Assembly: GCA_037445735.1 (NCBI GenBank)
Contig: JBBIJY010000003.1
Location: forward strand, 1-64,000
DNA: 64,000 nt
DNA from: Armatimonadota bacterium
GTDB taxonomy: Bacteria > Armatimonadota > Fimbriimonadia > Fimbriimonadales > GBS-DC
Direction of reading: 5' to 3'
Positions within the stretch are counted from its first letter, which is position 1, and each line of letters begins with the position of its first letter. The notes beneath the pieces are model-generated. The model was not told the DNA's origin. It searched no databases and was given only the letters and a program-made list of their open reading frames with translations. This document shows, piece after piece, positions 9,536-18,943 of this stretch. The position numbers and the translations under genes are program-made.

Positions 9536-11083
9536 CTATCCACCTGTGGAACCAAAGTTGAACAGCACAATCAGCAAATCGGCATCGTCGACATAGGAGT
9601 CGCCTGTGAGGTCCAGGTCGGTGTTCCAGGTGCCGTATGCCATCAGGATGGTGAGCAGGTCGTTGTCGTCCACGATGCCGTCTCCATTCAAATCGCCGTT
9701 GCCCAGCACCACATGCACATAGCCGGGCGAATCGGTCTCGATAGGCACGCTTTCCACTGTGCCCGGCAGCGAGCGGCGCAGGCGAACTTTGATGTCATGG
9801 ACGCCGACGGGCGTGTTGGCAAGGAAGAAGTTGCCGCTGGCGTCGAGGGGAGCAATCATTTCGTATTTCAGTTCGCCATCCTGATAGAACTGCACGACCG
9901 CTTCCTGCCCCGCATAGCCGCCGTTCCAGCCTTCCAGCTCCGTACCGCCCATCAAAAAGCCGCTGAGCGGACCGAAAGCACGCAGAACACCGTTGGTTTC
10001 CAGCACATAGACGGTGCCATCGGCGCCAATAGCGGGCGAGCTGGCAATGCTGGATGAACCCAGCAAATAAACCCAGCGAGTCAACCCGTTTGCGGGGTTA
10101 ATGGCATAGACGCGCCAGCCGCCGCTGCCGACCACATAGATGGTGCCGTCAGCTCCCACTGCAGGCGAACCGGTGCGTGTGCCAAAACTGGCTCGCCAGC
10201 GAAGAACACCCTGATGGCTATAGGCTCTGAGTCGCGAGTCCCACGACCCAAAATAGACGCCATCATCCGTTACGGCAGGACCGCCTTCGATCGTGTTATC
10301 GGTGACCACCATCCACAGTTGCTGTCCTGACAGGCTCACTGCACGGAAGGCGAAATCGAACGAGCCGAAAAAGAGGCGGTCGTTTGCGAGCGCAATAGTG
10401 CCCCTGACGGGATAGAACACGGGAAACCGCCACAGGATGGTGCCGTTGGGGCGAACAGCATTAAGATAGTTCGCGGAGCCGACATAGATGGTGCCGTCCT
10501 CGCCGAAGCATGGCGTGCTGTTCGCCTCCCAGTCCAGATAGAGTCGCCATGCGACCGTGCCGTTCGGGTTGACGCAGTAGAGGTAGCCGCCGGGCGTCTG
10601 CCCGTTCGTGACATAGATGCGCCCGTCGGGTCCGATCGTGGGTGAGGAGCGCACTTCGGTGCCGCCCAGATAGAGGCTCCAGCGCAGGGTTCCATTCGGG
10701 TTAAGCGCGATCAGCATCGCGTCGTTCGGATTGCCAATCACATAGATGGCGCCGTCGGCGCCAATCGCGGGTGTGGAGTAGGGCACGCTGAAGCCAGCCG
10801 CCCAGCGCCAGCGGCGCGTGCCATTCGGGTTCACCGCATCCACGCCGATAGCGGTCGGCACATAGATGGTACCGTCGGCAGCGACAGCGGGGGAGGCGAA
10901 GGTGCGACCGCCCGCGTTATAGCTCCAGCGCAGGCTGCCGTTGGTCGGCGCACCCAGTATGGTGCGGCGCGTGTTGCGATAATCGCGCCCTAACGAGGGC
11001 CACGGTGCGCTCGGCTGGAGCTGCGCCCAGCCATAACTGTACAGGCTGACCCCAATCAGCCCAATCCATTTCCACCTGCTCAT
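9536..11083 (-). CDS. Secreted PQQ-like beta-propeller protein with C-terminal dockerin-like tail
   Basis: Signal peptide; repeated SPAIGADGTIY...NPNGT.RW blades; tail GDLNGDGIVDDNDLL...DLTGDSYVDDADLLIVLFNFG. Confidence 0.88.
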   Translation of the reverse strand: MSRWKWIGLIGVSLYSYGWAQLQPSAPWPSLGRDYRNTRRTILGAPTNGSLRWSYNAGGRTFASPAVAADGTIYVPTAIGVDAVNPNGTRRWRWAAGFSVPYSTPAIGADGAIYVIGNPNDAMLIALNPNGTLRWSLYLGGTEVRSSPTIGPDGRIYVTNGQTPGGYLYCVNPNGTVAWRLYLDWEANSTPCFGEDGTIYVGSANYLNAVRPNGTILWRFPVFYPVRGTIALANDRLFFGSFDFAFRAVSLSGQQLWMVVTDNTIEGGPAVTDDGVYFGSWDSRLRAYSHQGVLRWRASFGTRTGSPAVGADGTIYVVGSGGWRVYAINPANGLTRWVYLLGSSSIASSPAIGADGTVYVLETNGVLRAFGPLSGFLMGGTELEGWNGGYAGQEAVVQFYQDGELKYEMIAPLDASGNFFLANTPVGVHDIKVRLRRSLPGTVESVPIETDSPGYVHVVLGNGDLNGDGIVDDNDLLTILMAYGTWNTDLDLTGDSYVDDADLLIVLFNFGSTGG

Positions 11084-11161
11084 AGCGGCTCCTTTCCCTG
11101 CTCTATTATACACCAACTCTGGCGGGGTGGCTGCTCTGCAAAAGCACCAGTTCGAGTGGAT

Positions 11162-12169
11162 TCAGACCCGGATTGGCTCCGCCTCGCCCCGCTTCACATG
11201 GTGGAGCACGCTCTCCAGCACTGTGTCGGGCGTGATGCCATCTGCCTCCGCTTCGAAGTTGAGCAGGATTCGGTGGCGCAGGGCGGGTTTGAGCGCCTTT
11301 TCGATATCCTCGCGCGCCACATTGTAGCGTCCGTCTAATAGACCATAGACCTTGCCGGCAAGGATGAGCGCCTGGGCGCCGCGCGGGCTGGAGCCGTAGC
11401 GCACATAGCGATTGACTTCGGGGGGCGCGTGGGGCGAGCCGGGATGGGTCGCCACGATGAGGCGCAGGGCGAACTCCTGCACGGGGTGGGCGATGGGCAC
11501 CTCGCGCACCACCTGCTGCATGCGCAGCAGGGTCTCTTTGTCGGCGACGGCGCTCGCCTGCGGCGTCTCCACGCCCGTCGTGCGGTTCACAATCTCGCGC
11601 AGTTCTTCCAGCGACGGATAGCCCACCAGAATCTTGAAGAAGAAGCGATCCAGCTGGGCTTCGGGCAGGGGGTAGGTTCCCTCCTGTTCGATGGGGTTCT
11701 GGGTTGCCAGCACCCAGAAGGGCGGCTCGATGGGGTAGCGTCTGCCGGCGACCGTCACCGCCTGCTCCTGCATCGCCTCCAGCAGCGCCGATTGGGTTTT
11801 GGGCGTGGCGCGGTTGATCTCGTCCGCCAGCAGGATATTGGTGAAGACCGGTCCGGGGCGGAACACGAAGGTGCGGGCGCCTGTTTCGCTCTCCGCCAGG
11901 ATGTTTGTGCCTGTTACATCGGCGGGCATCAGGTCAGGCGTGAACTGGATTCGGGCGAACTGGAGGTTGAGCGCCTGTGCCAGCGTGCGCACCAGCAGCG
12001 TTTTGCCCAGACCGGGCACGCCTTCGAGCAGGGCGTGCCCGCCCGCCGCGACCGCCACCAGCACATTTTCCACCACCGCCTCCTGACCCACAATCACTTT
12101 CGCGATTTCCGCGCGCAAGGCTTCGAATCGCTCGCGAAACCATTCCGCCACCTGCTTGCCGTTCTCCAT
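11162..12169 (-). CDS. moxR: MoxR family AAA+ ATPase
   Basis: GHALLEGVPGLGKT, RIQFTPDLMPAD, LADEINRA, ATQNPIEQEGTYPLPEAQLDRF. Confidence 0.95.
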   Translation of the reverse strand: MENGKQVAEWFRERFEALRAEIAKVIVGQEAVVENVLVAVAAGGHALLEGVPGLGKTLLVRTLAQALNLQFARIQFTPDLMPADVTGTNILAESETGARTFVFRPGPVFTNILLADEINRATPKTQSALLEAMQEQAVTVAGRRYPIEPPFWVLATQNPIEQEGTYPLPEAQLDRFFFKILVGYPSLEELREIVNRTTGVETPQASAVADKETLLRMQQVVREVPIAHPVQEFALRLIVATHPGSPHAPPEVNRYVRYGSSPRGAQALILAGKVYGLLDGRYNVAREDIEKALKPALRHRILLNFEAEADGITPDTVLESVLHHVKRGEAEPIRV

Positions 12170-12197
12170 AGCTTGAATTTTACCCTGTGTTGTTGAT

Positions 12198-12237
12198 GCC
12201 CTCACCCCGTGCCCCTCTCCCACGCTGTGGGAGAGGG
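12198..12237. repeat. REP-like palindromic repeat (CCCTCACCCC..CCCTCTCCC-loop-GGGAGAGGG)
   Basis: The same motif occurs at eight sites in the window. Confidence 0.8.
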
Positions 12238-12306
12238 ATTCTGAATGCAGGGCGCGCTGCCGTGCGCCCCTCCATTGTTCACGGGCAGGGATGCCCGTGC
12301 TACCTG

Positions 12307-13311
12307 TTACTGGAGCAGTCGCTGGCGGAGCCATGTGGCACGCTGGGCGGGCGCGTAATCGGGTTCGGGTGGGGCGTAGACGCTCAGTTCGAACAGCAGA
12401 TGGTCGGCGCGGTCGCGCTGGGCGGGGTTGCTGGTGAGCATTGCCAGCATGCGATAGACCGCCAGGGCGCGCAGGGTGGTTCCCAGCGAGAGCGCGGCGG
12501 CGTGGCGCAGGGTGGTGGTCAGTTCTTCCCATTCGGCATGGAGTTCCTCGATGGGGAGCTGGGCGCGGGCGTCCAGTTCGGCGTCGATGAGGGTGCGGAG
12601 CGTGCCGCGCAGACGCGCCAGCAGCTCTGGCAGCGGGTCGTGCCGACCCAGCATGGAAATCTGCACATAGCCCTCAAAGGCGAGGCTGCCCTCACCATAT
12701 AGCCCGCGTGTGTGGCAGCCGAGCGCCTGCAACGCCTCCAGCCAGCGCGTGATCTGCCGTGCCCGCTGCAGACCCATCAGGTGCATCAGCAGTCCCAGTC
12801 GCGCGCCGGAGCCAAGATTGATGGGCGAGGCGGTCAGATAGCCCAGTCGGGACGAGTAGCCCCAGCGGAGCGGCAGGGCGTTCAACCGCTCTTCCCAGCC
12901 CTGCAGTTCGTTCACCATGCGGTCGGGTTGCCAGCCAGCGTGGGTGATCTGCAGGCGCAGGTGGTCTTCCTCGTTCAGCAGGGCGCTGACGCTGCCGTTC
13001 GGGTTGAGCAGCACCCATCGGTGGGGTAATGCGGGCAGCAGGGCGGGGCTGATGATGCGGGCGCCTGTCAGGCGCGCCCGCTGGTCAGGGCTGAGTCGGC
13101 TCAGCTCAATTGCGCCGCCTGCGCCCAGCCCCATCGGCTCCAGCGCCTGCCGCAATTGCATCGCCGCTGCCTGCAACTGCGCGTCGCTCGCCACATGCGG
13201 GAACGGCAGATGCAACAGGTTGCGCGCCAGTCGTACCCGCTGGGAAATGACCACATCGCGGTACGGCGCAGGCTCCATCAGCCAGCTCAGGTACGCCCCG
13301 TCAGCATTCAC
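12307..13311 (-). CDS. ATP:guanido phosphotransferase / McsB-like protein (divergent)
   Basis: VVISQRVRLARNL..LPFP, LNEEDHLRLQ, LGYLTASPINLGSG, RGLYGEGS. The GTG start overlaps the upstream TGA. Confidence 0.8.
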   Translation of the reverse strand: MNADGAYLSWLMEPAPYRDVVISQRVRLARNLLHLPFPHVASDAQLQAAAMQLRQALEPMGLGAGGAIELSRLSPDQRARLTGARIISPALLPALPHRWVLLNPNGSVSALLNEEDHLRLQITHAGWQPDRMVNELQGWEERLNALPLRWGYSSRLGYLTASPINLGSGARLGLLMHLMGLQRARQITRWLEALQALGCHTRGLYGEGSLAFEGYVQISMLGRHDPLPELLARLRGTLRTLIDAELDARAQLPIEELHAEWEELTTTLRHAAALSLGTTLRALAVYRMLAMLTSNPAQRDRADHLLFELSVYAPPEPDYAPAQRATWLRQRLLQ

Positions 13312-14348
13312 CGATAGACCTCCCATTTGATACGCGCCATCAGATAGCTCAGGATCGATTCTGCCCCGCGATTGAGATTCAGCCCGACGGGTGTCAGCCC
13401 ATCGTACACCACGCCCGTTTCGGGGTCATACAGCGCCAGCTGGTGGATGTTATCGCCGTGAAACCACAGCAGGGCGCGTCGTGCGTAGTAGCGGAACAGG
13501 CGGTAGCGATCGAAGGCGTGATAGGCGTCCAGAAAGGCTTCGACGGTTGCGCCCGCGCACACAGGCTGCTGGTCGAACAGGGCGCGGCTGCGCCCGCGGA
13601 AGTACCAGCCTTCGGTGCCAATCGCGCTGAAGTAGCCTGTGGGGGCGAAGGTGGTCTCGATGAGAAACAGCAGCGCCTCACGGGCGATTTTGAGCCAGTC
13701 GGGTTGCTGCAGGCGGGTGGCAGCCCGCAGCAGTGCCTGCGGCAGGCGCGGATTCTCGTAGGTCAGGAACGGCTCGAACCAGCGCCAGTCTGGCTCGCGC
13801 GTGAGCTGGTACTGCTCCATTAGATGGCTCACCAGATGGCGCAGGCGGTCGGGTTCCTCCTCTTCCAGCATTAAAAACGCAACGGAGCGCAGCGGCTTAA
13901 TCTGATAGAAGTGCTTCCAGGCGGGGCGCAGCAGTGCGTCGGCGCGAGATGACCACTCACTGTCGGGCAGCAGCTTCTTGAGCGTGTAAAGCGACCAGAT
14001 GGTGCGCCCGAACGAATCGTCGCTGCCGACCTCATCCACCCAGCGCCCTTCCGCGTCGCGGAAGTTATGGAACCGTCCGCCGGGCAGCTGCGCCTCTTCA
14101 ATATAACGCAGGCATATTTCGATCAGGCGCGTCGGGAACTGCTCATCGGGCAACAGCAACCAGTCGGGCTGGCGTGGCTGCAGCCATTTCAGCCACGCGC
14201 CCACAATCAGCCCACGCGCCTGATCGTCTATCGAGAAGCCATGCTCCACCCATGGCTCCCCATAGCGCGTATGCTGCCAGATGCCCAGCGGTGTCAGCAA
14301 CCGATTCAGGTGTTGCAGATTGACAGGTGGCAGTGAAGGCTGCATCAC
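13308..14348 (-). CDS. Stand-alone helical glycosidase-like domain, of the type found C-terminal in some glycosyltransferases
   Basis: GIWQH, DDQARGL, DDSFGRTIW, WFEPFLTYENPRLPQAL, FDQQP, WFHGDN, YDGL, NRGAES motifs. Confidence 0.7.
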   Translation of the reverse strand: MMQPSLPPVNLQHLNRLLTPLGIWQHTRYGEPWVEHGFSIDDQARGLIVGAWLKWLQPRQPDWLLLPDEQFPTRLIEICLRYIEEAQLPGGRFHNFRDAEGRWVDEVGSDDSFGRTIWSLYTLKKLLPDSEWSSRADALLRPAWKHFYQIKPLRSVAFLMLEEEEPDRLRHLVSHLMEQYQLTREPDWRWFEPFLTYENPRLPQALLRAATRLQQPDWLKIAREALLFLIETTFAPTGYFSAIGTEGWYFRGRSRALFDQQPVCAGATVEAFLDAYHAFDRYRLFRYYARRALLWFHGDNIHQLALYDPETGVVYDGLTPVGLNLNRGAESILSYLMARIKWEVYR

Positions 14349-14362
14349 GCCCCGATTTTACC

Positions 14363-15967
14363 TCAAAACGGCGTGCTCCAGCTGAGGGCGAACAGGTTGA
14401 TCCGATAATCGAGGCGCGAATCGACGCGATCCTGATAGTGCCAGGGGGCGATGGTGAGCGACCATGCGACGCCGTTCGGCAGTTGATAGCGCAGGGCAAC
14501 GGTCAGGAACCGCCCCTCCGTGTTGCCATCGGGCAGGAGAAGCGGGTTATCGGTGCTGCTGACGAACCGGGTGTAGAGCAGGCTTGCGTTCAGGCGTGAG
14601 TTGACCGTCCACTGCAGACCCACCATCGACGAGCGCGTATCGGGCAGGAAATGTGGCAGGGCAAGCAGTTCGTCCGCGCCGCCCGTTCCATGCCAGCGTT
14701 CGATGCGATGCTCGGCAATCAGGGTCAGTTGCGGCTGGAGGGTGCAGCTGCCACCGATGAGCAGCTGGTCGCTGCGCAGGCGGGTGGCGCGGCGGTCGTT
14801 CAGCCATCGCTGGCGGCTGAGCGTGAGGTAAACAACCCCGTTCGCGAGGCTGGCGTCGAGGTTCAGCCGCGCGGTTTCGCGTCGGCTCCAGAAGAGCGTA
14901 TGGGATGGCTCATCGGTCGGCTGATGGCTCCAGCGCTGGCTCGCGCCGTACAGGCTGAGCCGAACAGTGCGTGCGAGCCGACCCCACAGCCGCGCTTCGA
15001 GACCCTCGCGCTGCACTGGCTCCGTGCCGCTCTCACCGTCCACGCGCTCAATCGCCTGACGGCGGACGCCTATCTGCAATCGCCAGTTGCCCAGCTGTTG
15101 CACGAGGCTGAGCGCCCCTGTGCGTCGCTCACGGCTCCAGTTGTTGCGCACCAGTGGCAGGTTCGCCCGCTCGCGCTCCAGCGTCAGCCCGATTGTGGTC
15201 GTGTCGCCCGGTGTCAGGTCGGTGGCGAGCGTGAGGCGCTGCAGGCGGCTGGTGGTTCGCTGTGGCTGCTCGAACTGCGCTTCCGACCAGACGGCTTCCA
15301 CACCCAGCACGGGTGTCGGCTCCCACAGGTAGCCTGTCTGCCAGCGCTGGAGCGTGATGTCGGGGCGTGTGGCGGTTCGATCGCGATAGCGCCAGCGCGT
15401 GTATTGCAGGCTGAGCCGCCCCGCGCCTGCAACGCCCTCCAGCATCATATCCCACGCCTGTGCCGTCTGGTCGTAGGGCACATGCGCGCTTGCGAAGCGT
15501 CGTCGCAAGAGTTCGTCACGGAATCGCACGGTGAGCGCGAAGTCGGGCGTGATCAGATAGCGCACGGTCGCCTCCCGATTGAGCCGTTCGCTCAGCGGTG
15601 CAGGTGCGGTGCCAGGGTCTGCGAACTGGGCGCGAGCGTGCTGTGCCTGCAGGGTCAGGCGTGCGGGCACAAGATGCATCAGCGCGTCGCCGCGGGTGTC
15701 CTGATCGCCGATGCCCTGCCAGAGCCATCGGATGGCAGCGCGCTCATAGCGGATCGCGCGCAGGAAGAAGCCGCGCAGCGGCTGTGAATAGTGGCGAAAC
15801 CTGGCAGCGTTGCCGCTCAAGCCCCAGTTCGACCAGCCCAGTTCCAGCTGGGTGCGCGCCTGCACGGGCGGCAGGGGTGTTTGCGCCGAAGCTATCAGCA
15901 GCAGACAGCCCGCCGCTTTAATGGCGCAGAAAGAGCGCGTCGCTATTCGAACCGTGATGAGCCACAT
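14363..15967 (-). CDS. Outer-membrane beta-barrel, putative MtrB/PioB-like porin (start uncertain)
   Basis: Alternating amphipathic strands rich in R/W/Y. C-terminal aromatic residue (LFALSWSTPF). Directly downstream of a decaheme cytochrome. Confidence 0.72.
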   Translation of the reverse strand: MWLITVRIATRSFCAIKAAGCLLLIASAQTPLPPVQARTQLELGWSNWGLSGNAARFRHYSQPLRGFFLRAIRYERAAIRWLWQGIGDQDTRGDALMHLVPARLTLQAQHARAQFADPGTAPAPLSERLNREATVRYLITPDFALTVRFRDELLRRRFASAHVPYDQTAQAWDMMLEGVAGAGRLSLQYTRWRYRDRTATRPDITLQRWQTGYLWEPTPVLGVEAVWSEAQFEQPQRTTSRLQRLTLATDLTPGDTTTIGLTLERERANLPLVRNNWSRERRTGALSLVQQLGNWRLQIGVRRQAIERVDGESGTEPVQREGLEARLWGRLARTVRLSLYGASQRWSHQPTDEPSHTLFWSRRETARLNLDASLANGVVYLTLSRQRWLNDRRATRLRSDQLLIGGSCTLQPQLTLIAEHRIERWHGTGGADELLALPHFLPDTRSSMVGLQWTVNSRLNASLLYTRFVSSTDNPLLLPDGNTEGRFLTVALRYQLPNGVAWSLTIAPWHYQDRVDSRLDYRINLFALSWSTPF

Positions 15968-16895
15968 GGCAGCCGCTCCCCCAGCAGTTGCGGGCGGGAT
16001 AATGCGCCACGCCCTTATCGGTGTGGCACTGGGCGCACAACCCGCGCGAGAACAGTTTGAGCATGCGCGGGTTCACCGAGCCGTGCGGACGATGGCACTC
16101 CAGACAGCTGTCGCCCATCCAGCCCGCCACCGGCTCATGCTCGTACATAAATGGACCCATCTTGTCCGCGTGGCAGTGGGTACACATCTCGCGGATGAGC
16201 CGCTCCCGCTTAACGCTCTCCCGATTGGGATGGGCATCGTGGCAATCGGTGCAGAGCAGTCGCCCTTCGGGCAGCGGGTGATGGAAGCTCAGTCGGAACT
16301 CGCTTGCCTCGCGTGCATGGCAGCCGCTGCAGAGCGCGGTCTCCTCGCCTTTCAGCAGCGGGTGCGAGGGCGAGCGCGCGCTCGGCAGGACGGGCGAGAC
16401 CTGCGTATTCTGTGGGGCGCGCTGATGAATCTGATGGCAGCTGATGCAGCTCAGCCCCGCACGCGCGTGCGCCGTGCGATGCCACTGGCTGGGTCGCATC
16501 GTCGCGCCATGACAGCGCAGGCAGGCGCGGGAGACCGCTTCAGGATCGAGTTTGCTGTAGCGGATGACCCCCTTCGGCGCCAGCACCTCACGCAGGTGGA
16601 TGCCGCCCGGTCCGTGGCAGCCCTCACAGCCCTGGCGGTCGATCGGCAGGTGCGGGTCTGCCATATAGGGCGCGTGTGCCGAGTTGCGAAACGAAATCAC
16701 ATAGGAGCGGTGGCAGGGCACGCATGCTGGCTCGCCCAGATAGTCCTCGCGCTTCGCCTCGGCGAACAGATTGAGCGGGAAGGTGCGCTCGCGTGCCTGC
16801 TGACGCGCCGCCGCCATTAGCAGCAACGCGAGCAGTATCGCTCCCATTATCCAGGGGCAACCCCGCTGGAATCGCCAGACTGTTGGTCTCTCCAT
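15918..16895 (-). CDS. MtrA/DmsE-type periplasmic decaheme c-type cytochrome
   Basis: Signal peptide. Nine CxxCH (CVPCH, CEGCH, CLRCH, CISCH, CSGCH, CTDCH, CTHCH, CLECH, CAQCH) plus CWGSGCH. Family motifs GPF..EH.PV, CH.PHGS and HGSN. Confidence 0.9.
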   Translation of the reverse strand: MERPTVWRFQRGCPWIMGAILLALLLMAAARQQARERTFPLNLFAEAKREDYLGEPACVPCHRSYVISFRNSAHAPYMADPHLPIDRQGCEGCHGPGGIHLREVLAPKGVIRYSKLDPEAVSRACLRCHGATMRPSQWHRTAHARAGLSCISCHQIHQRAPQNTQVSPVLPSARSPSHPLLKGEETALCSGCHAREASEFRLSFHHPLPEGRLLCTDCHDAHPNRESVKRERLIREMCTHCHADKMGPFMYEHEPVAGWMGDSCLECHRPHGSVNPRMLKLFSRGLCAQCHTDKGVAHYPARNCWGSGCHVAHHGSNSDALFLRH

Positions 16896-16901
16896 TGTTT
16901 T

Positions 16902-18863
16902 TCAGTTATTGCGGGCGCCCTGCTCGATCCAGAGCCGAATGAGCAGAATCTGTTCGTCGCTCAATCGCCCGCCCAGTGGCATGCGCGAGCCGACAGGCGG
17001 GTTGTCTTCCGCCACCTTGCGATAGAGCAGGCTATGTATCGGGTCGCCGGGCACCACGCGAATCCAGTTCGGGTCCTGCACGCTGGGCACATTCACGATG
17101 CTGGCATAGGCGTTGCCTGCGCTGAGATCGAGATCGGCGGCGCGTCCCAGCGGGTCGTGGCAGCCACGAATGGCACACCGCTGCGTGAAGATGGGCTGAA
17201 TCGTGTGCTGGAAGCTCACCAGCACCTGCAGGGTCAGCGTCGCGGTGCGGGTCAGACTGCCCGCTGTACCCTGCACCGTGAGTGTGTAGCTGGCGCTGGC
17301 GACCTGCGGGTCGACCTGCAGGGTGAGCTGGCTCTGCTGATCAGGGCGAACGGCAGAGGGATTAAAGGTCGCGCTGATTCCTGCTGGCAATCCGCTGATG
17401 GTGAGGCTCACTGGTTCGTCGAACCCGCCGACTGCGCTGATGGCGACCTGAACGGTGGCGGTGCCGCCCTGCGCCACGCTCAGCGACGAGGGATTGAGCG
17501 CGATCAGGAAATCGGGCGGGACGCGCACCTCCAGCGTGAGCGTTGCTGTGCGGGTGCGGCTCGCTGCGCTGCCCACCACCTGCAGCGTGTAGGTGCCGGG
17601 CGCGACCTGCGCTGCCACCTGCAGGTTCAGCGTTGCGCTCGCCTGATTCGGTGCGAGGCTGCCCGGTGTGAACGAGGCGGACACACCGGCGGGCGCGCCC
17701 TGCAGGCTGAGCGCCACCGTTTCACTGAATCCGCCCACGCGCGTGAGGCGCACCGTCGCACTCCCGACACCGCCCTGCTGAACCGTCAGGCTCGATGGCT
17801 CCACGCCGATGGAGAAGTCGGGCGCCTCGCTGATGCGCAGGGTGAGCGTCGCCGTGCGGGTGAGGCTGCCCGCCACGCCGCGCACCGTGATGGAGTGCGT
17901 GCCTGACGACGCACTGGCGCTGACCTGCACCGTCATGCGAGCGGTGGTCTGGTCGCCGGGCAGGGTGGACGGGTTGAAGCTCACCGTAACGCCCGCCGGG
18001 ATGCCCGTCGCGCTGAACGCCACTGGCTGCGCGAAGCCCCCGATGCGCGTTACGGTGATGCCCACTGTTGCTTGACCGCCTGGCTGCAGGCTCACCTCGC
18101 TGCTGCCCAGCGTGAGCGTGAAGTCGGGCGCGACGGCAAGCGCCAAATTGAACTGTGCCGTGCGCCGAATCGAGCCGCTGCTGGCGACCACGGTCAGTGA
18201 AAAAGTGCCCACAGGCGCGTTAGCAGCAGCCCGGACGGTGAGCGTGCTGGTGTCCTGTGAACCGCTGAGTGTGGGCGGTGTGAACTCCGCTGAAACGCCC
18301 GCTGGCGCGCTTTCGAGGCTGAGCGTGATGGGGTTCGCGAAGCCGCCGATGCGCGTCAGCAGCACCTGCAGCGTGCCGCTGCCACCCTGCACCAGCCCGA
18401 TGCTGCTCGCGCTGAGCTGAATGTTGAAATCGGGCGCGGCGGGCGTGATACTGAGCTGGATGCGTGCCTCGCGCAGCACCGCGCCGCCCTGCGCCCGCAC
18501 CAGAATGGTGTAAGTGCCCGCGGGCGTCTGCAGCGAGGCGCGAAGGGTCAGCTGGGTGCTGGGCTGATTGGGCGGCACAGGGTTCACGCTGAAGCTCGCC
18601 TCCACACCCTGCGGCACACCTTCGAGGCTCAACCGGATTGGCTCCCCGAAGCCGCCCACGCGCTCCAGCCCTATCGTGAGCGTCGCCTGACCGCCCTGTA
18701 ATGCACTCAGGCTGGGATTGCGGATCGACACAAAGAAGTGGGGTCCCGTGGCAGGACCGCGCCCGCCCCCACAGCCCGTCAGCAGGAGCAGGCAGCCCAG
18801 CAGCGCTATCTGCTGACCTCGCTGGATGGTTGTGTCCCGGAATTGTTCTGTCAACCCTCTCAA
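16902..18863 (-). CDS. Lipoprotein with five ~102-aa Ig-like repeats and a C-terminal monoheme cytochrome c-like domain
   Basis: TTG 18863 after an AAGGAAGG SD; lipobox LLLTG-C. Five PDF...QGG...GGF...P.G...GTY..T repeats. Tail VSF..IQPIF..RCAIRGCH...VVPGDP..SLL...MP...WIEQGA. Confidence 0.85.
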   Translation of the reverse strand: MRGLTEQFRDTTIQRGQQIALLGCLLLLTGCGGGRGPATGPHFFVSIRNPSLSALQGGQATLTIGLERVGGFGEPIRLSLEGVPQGVEASFSVNPVPPNQPSTQLTLRASLQTPAGTYTILVRAQGGAVLREARIQLSITPAAPDFNIQLSASSIGLVQGGSGTLQVLLTRIGGFANPITLSLESAPAGVSAEFTPPTLSGSQDTSTLTVRAAANAPVGTFSLTVVASSGSIRRTAQFNLALAVAPDFTLTLGSSEVSLQPGGQATVGITVTRIGGFAQPVAFSATGIPAGVTVSFNPSTLPGDQTTARMTVQVSASASSGTHSITVRGVAGSLTRTATLTLRISEAPDFSIGVEPSSLTVQQGGVGSATVRLTRVGGFSETVALSLQGAPAGVSASFTPGSLAPNQASATLNLQVAAQVAPGTYTLQVVGSAASRTRTATLTLEVRVPPDFLIALNPSSLSVAQGGTATVQVAISAVGGFDEPVSLTISGLPAGISATFNPSAVRPDQQSQLTLQVDPQVASASYTLTVQGTAGSLTRTATLTLQVLVSFQHTIQPIFTQRCAIRGCHDPLGRAADLDLSAGNAYASIVNVPSVQDPNWIRVVPGDPIHSLLYRKVAEDNPPVGSRMPLGGRLSDEQILLIRLWIEQGARNN

Positions 18864-18943
18864 CGCCCGTGCCTTCCTTTCCCGTTTCCCTGAACGAAGC
18901 AGGCACCTCACGGTTCCCGTCGGCGGGTAAAATGGGAGAGCGC

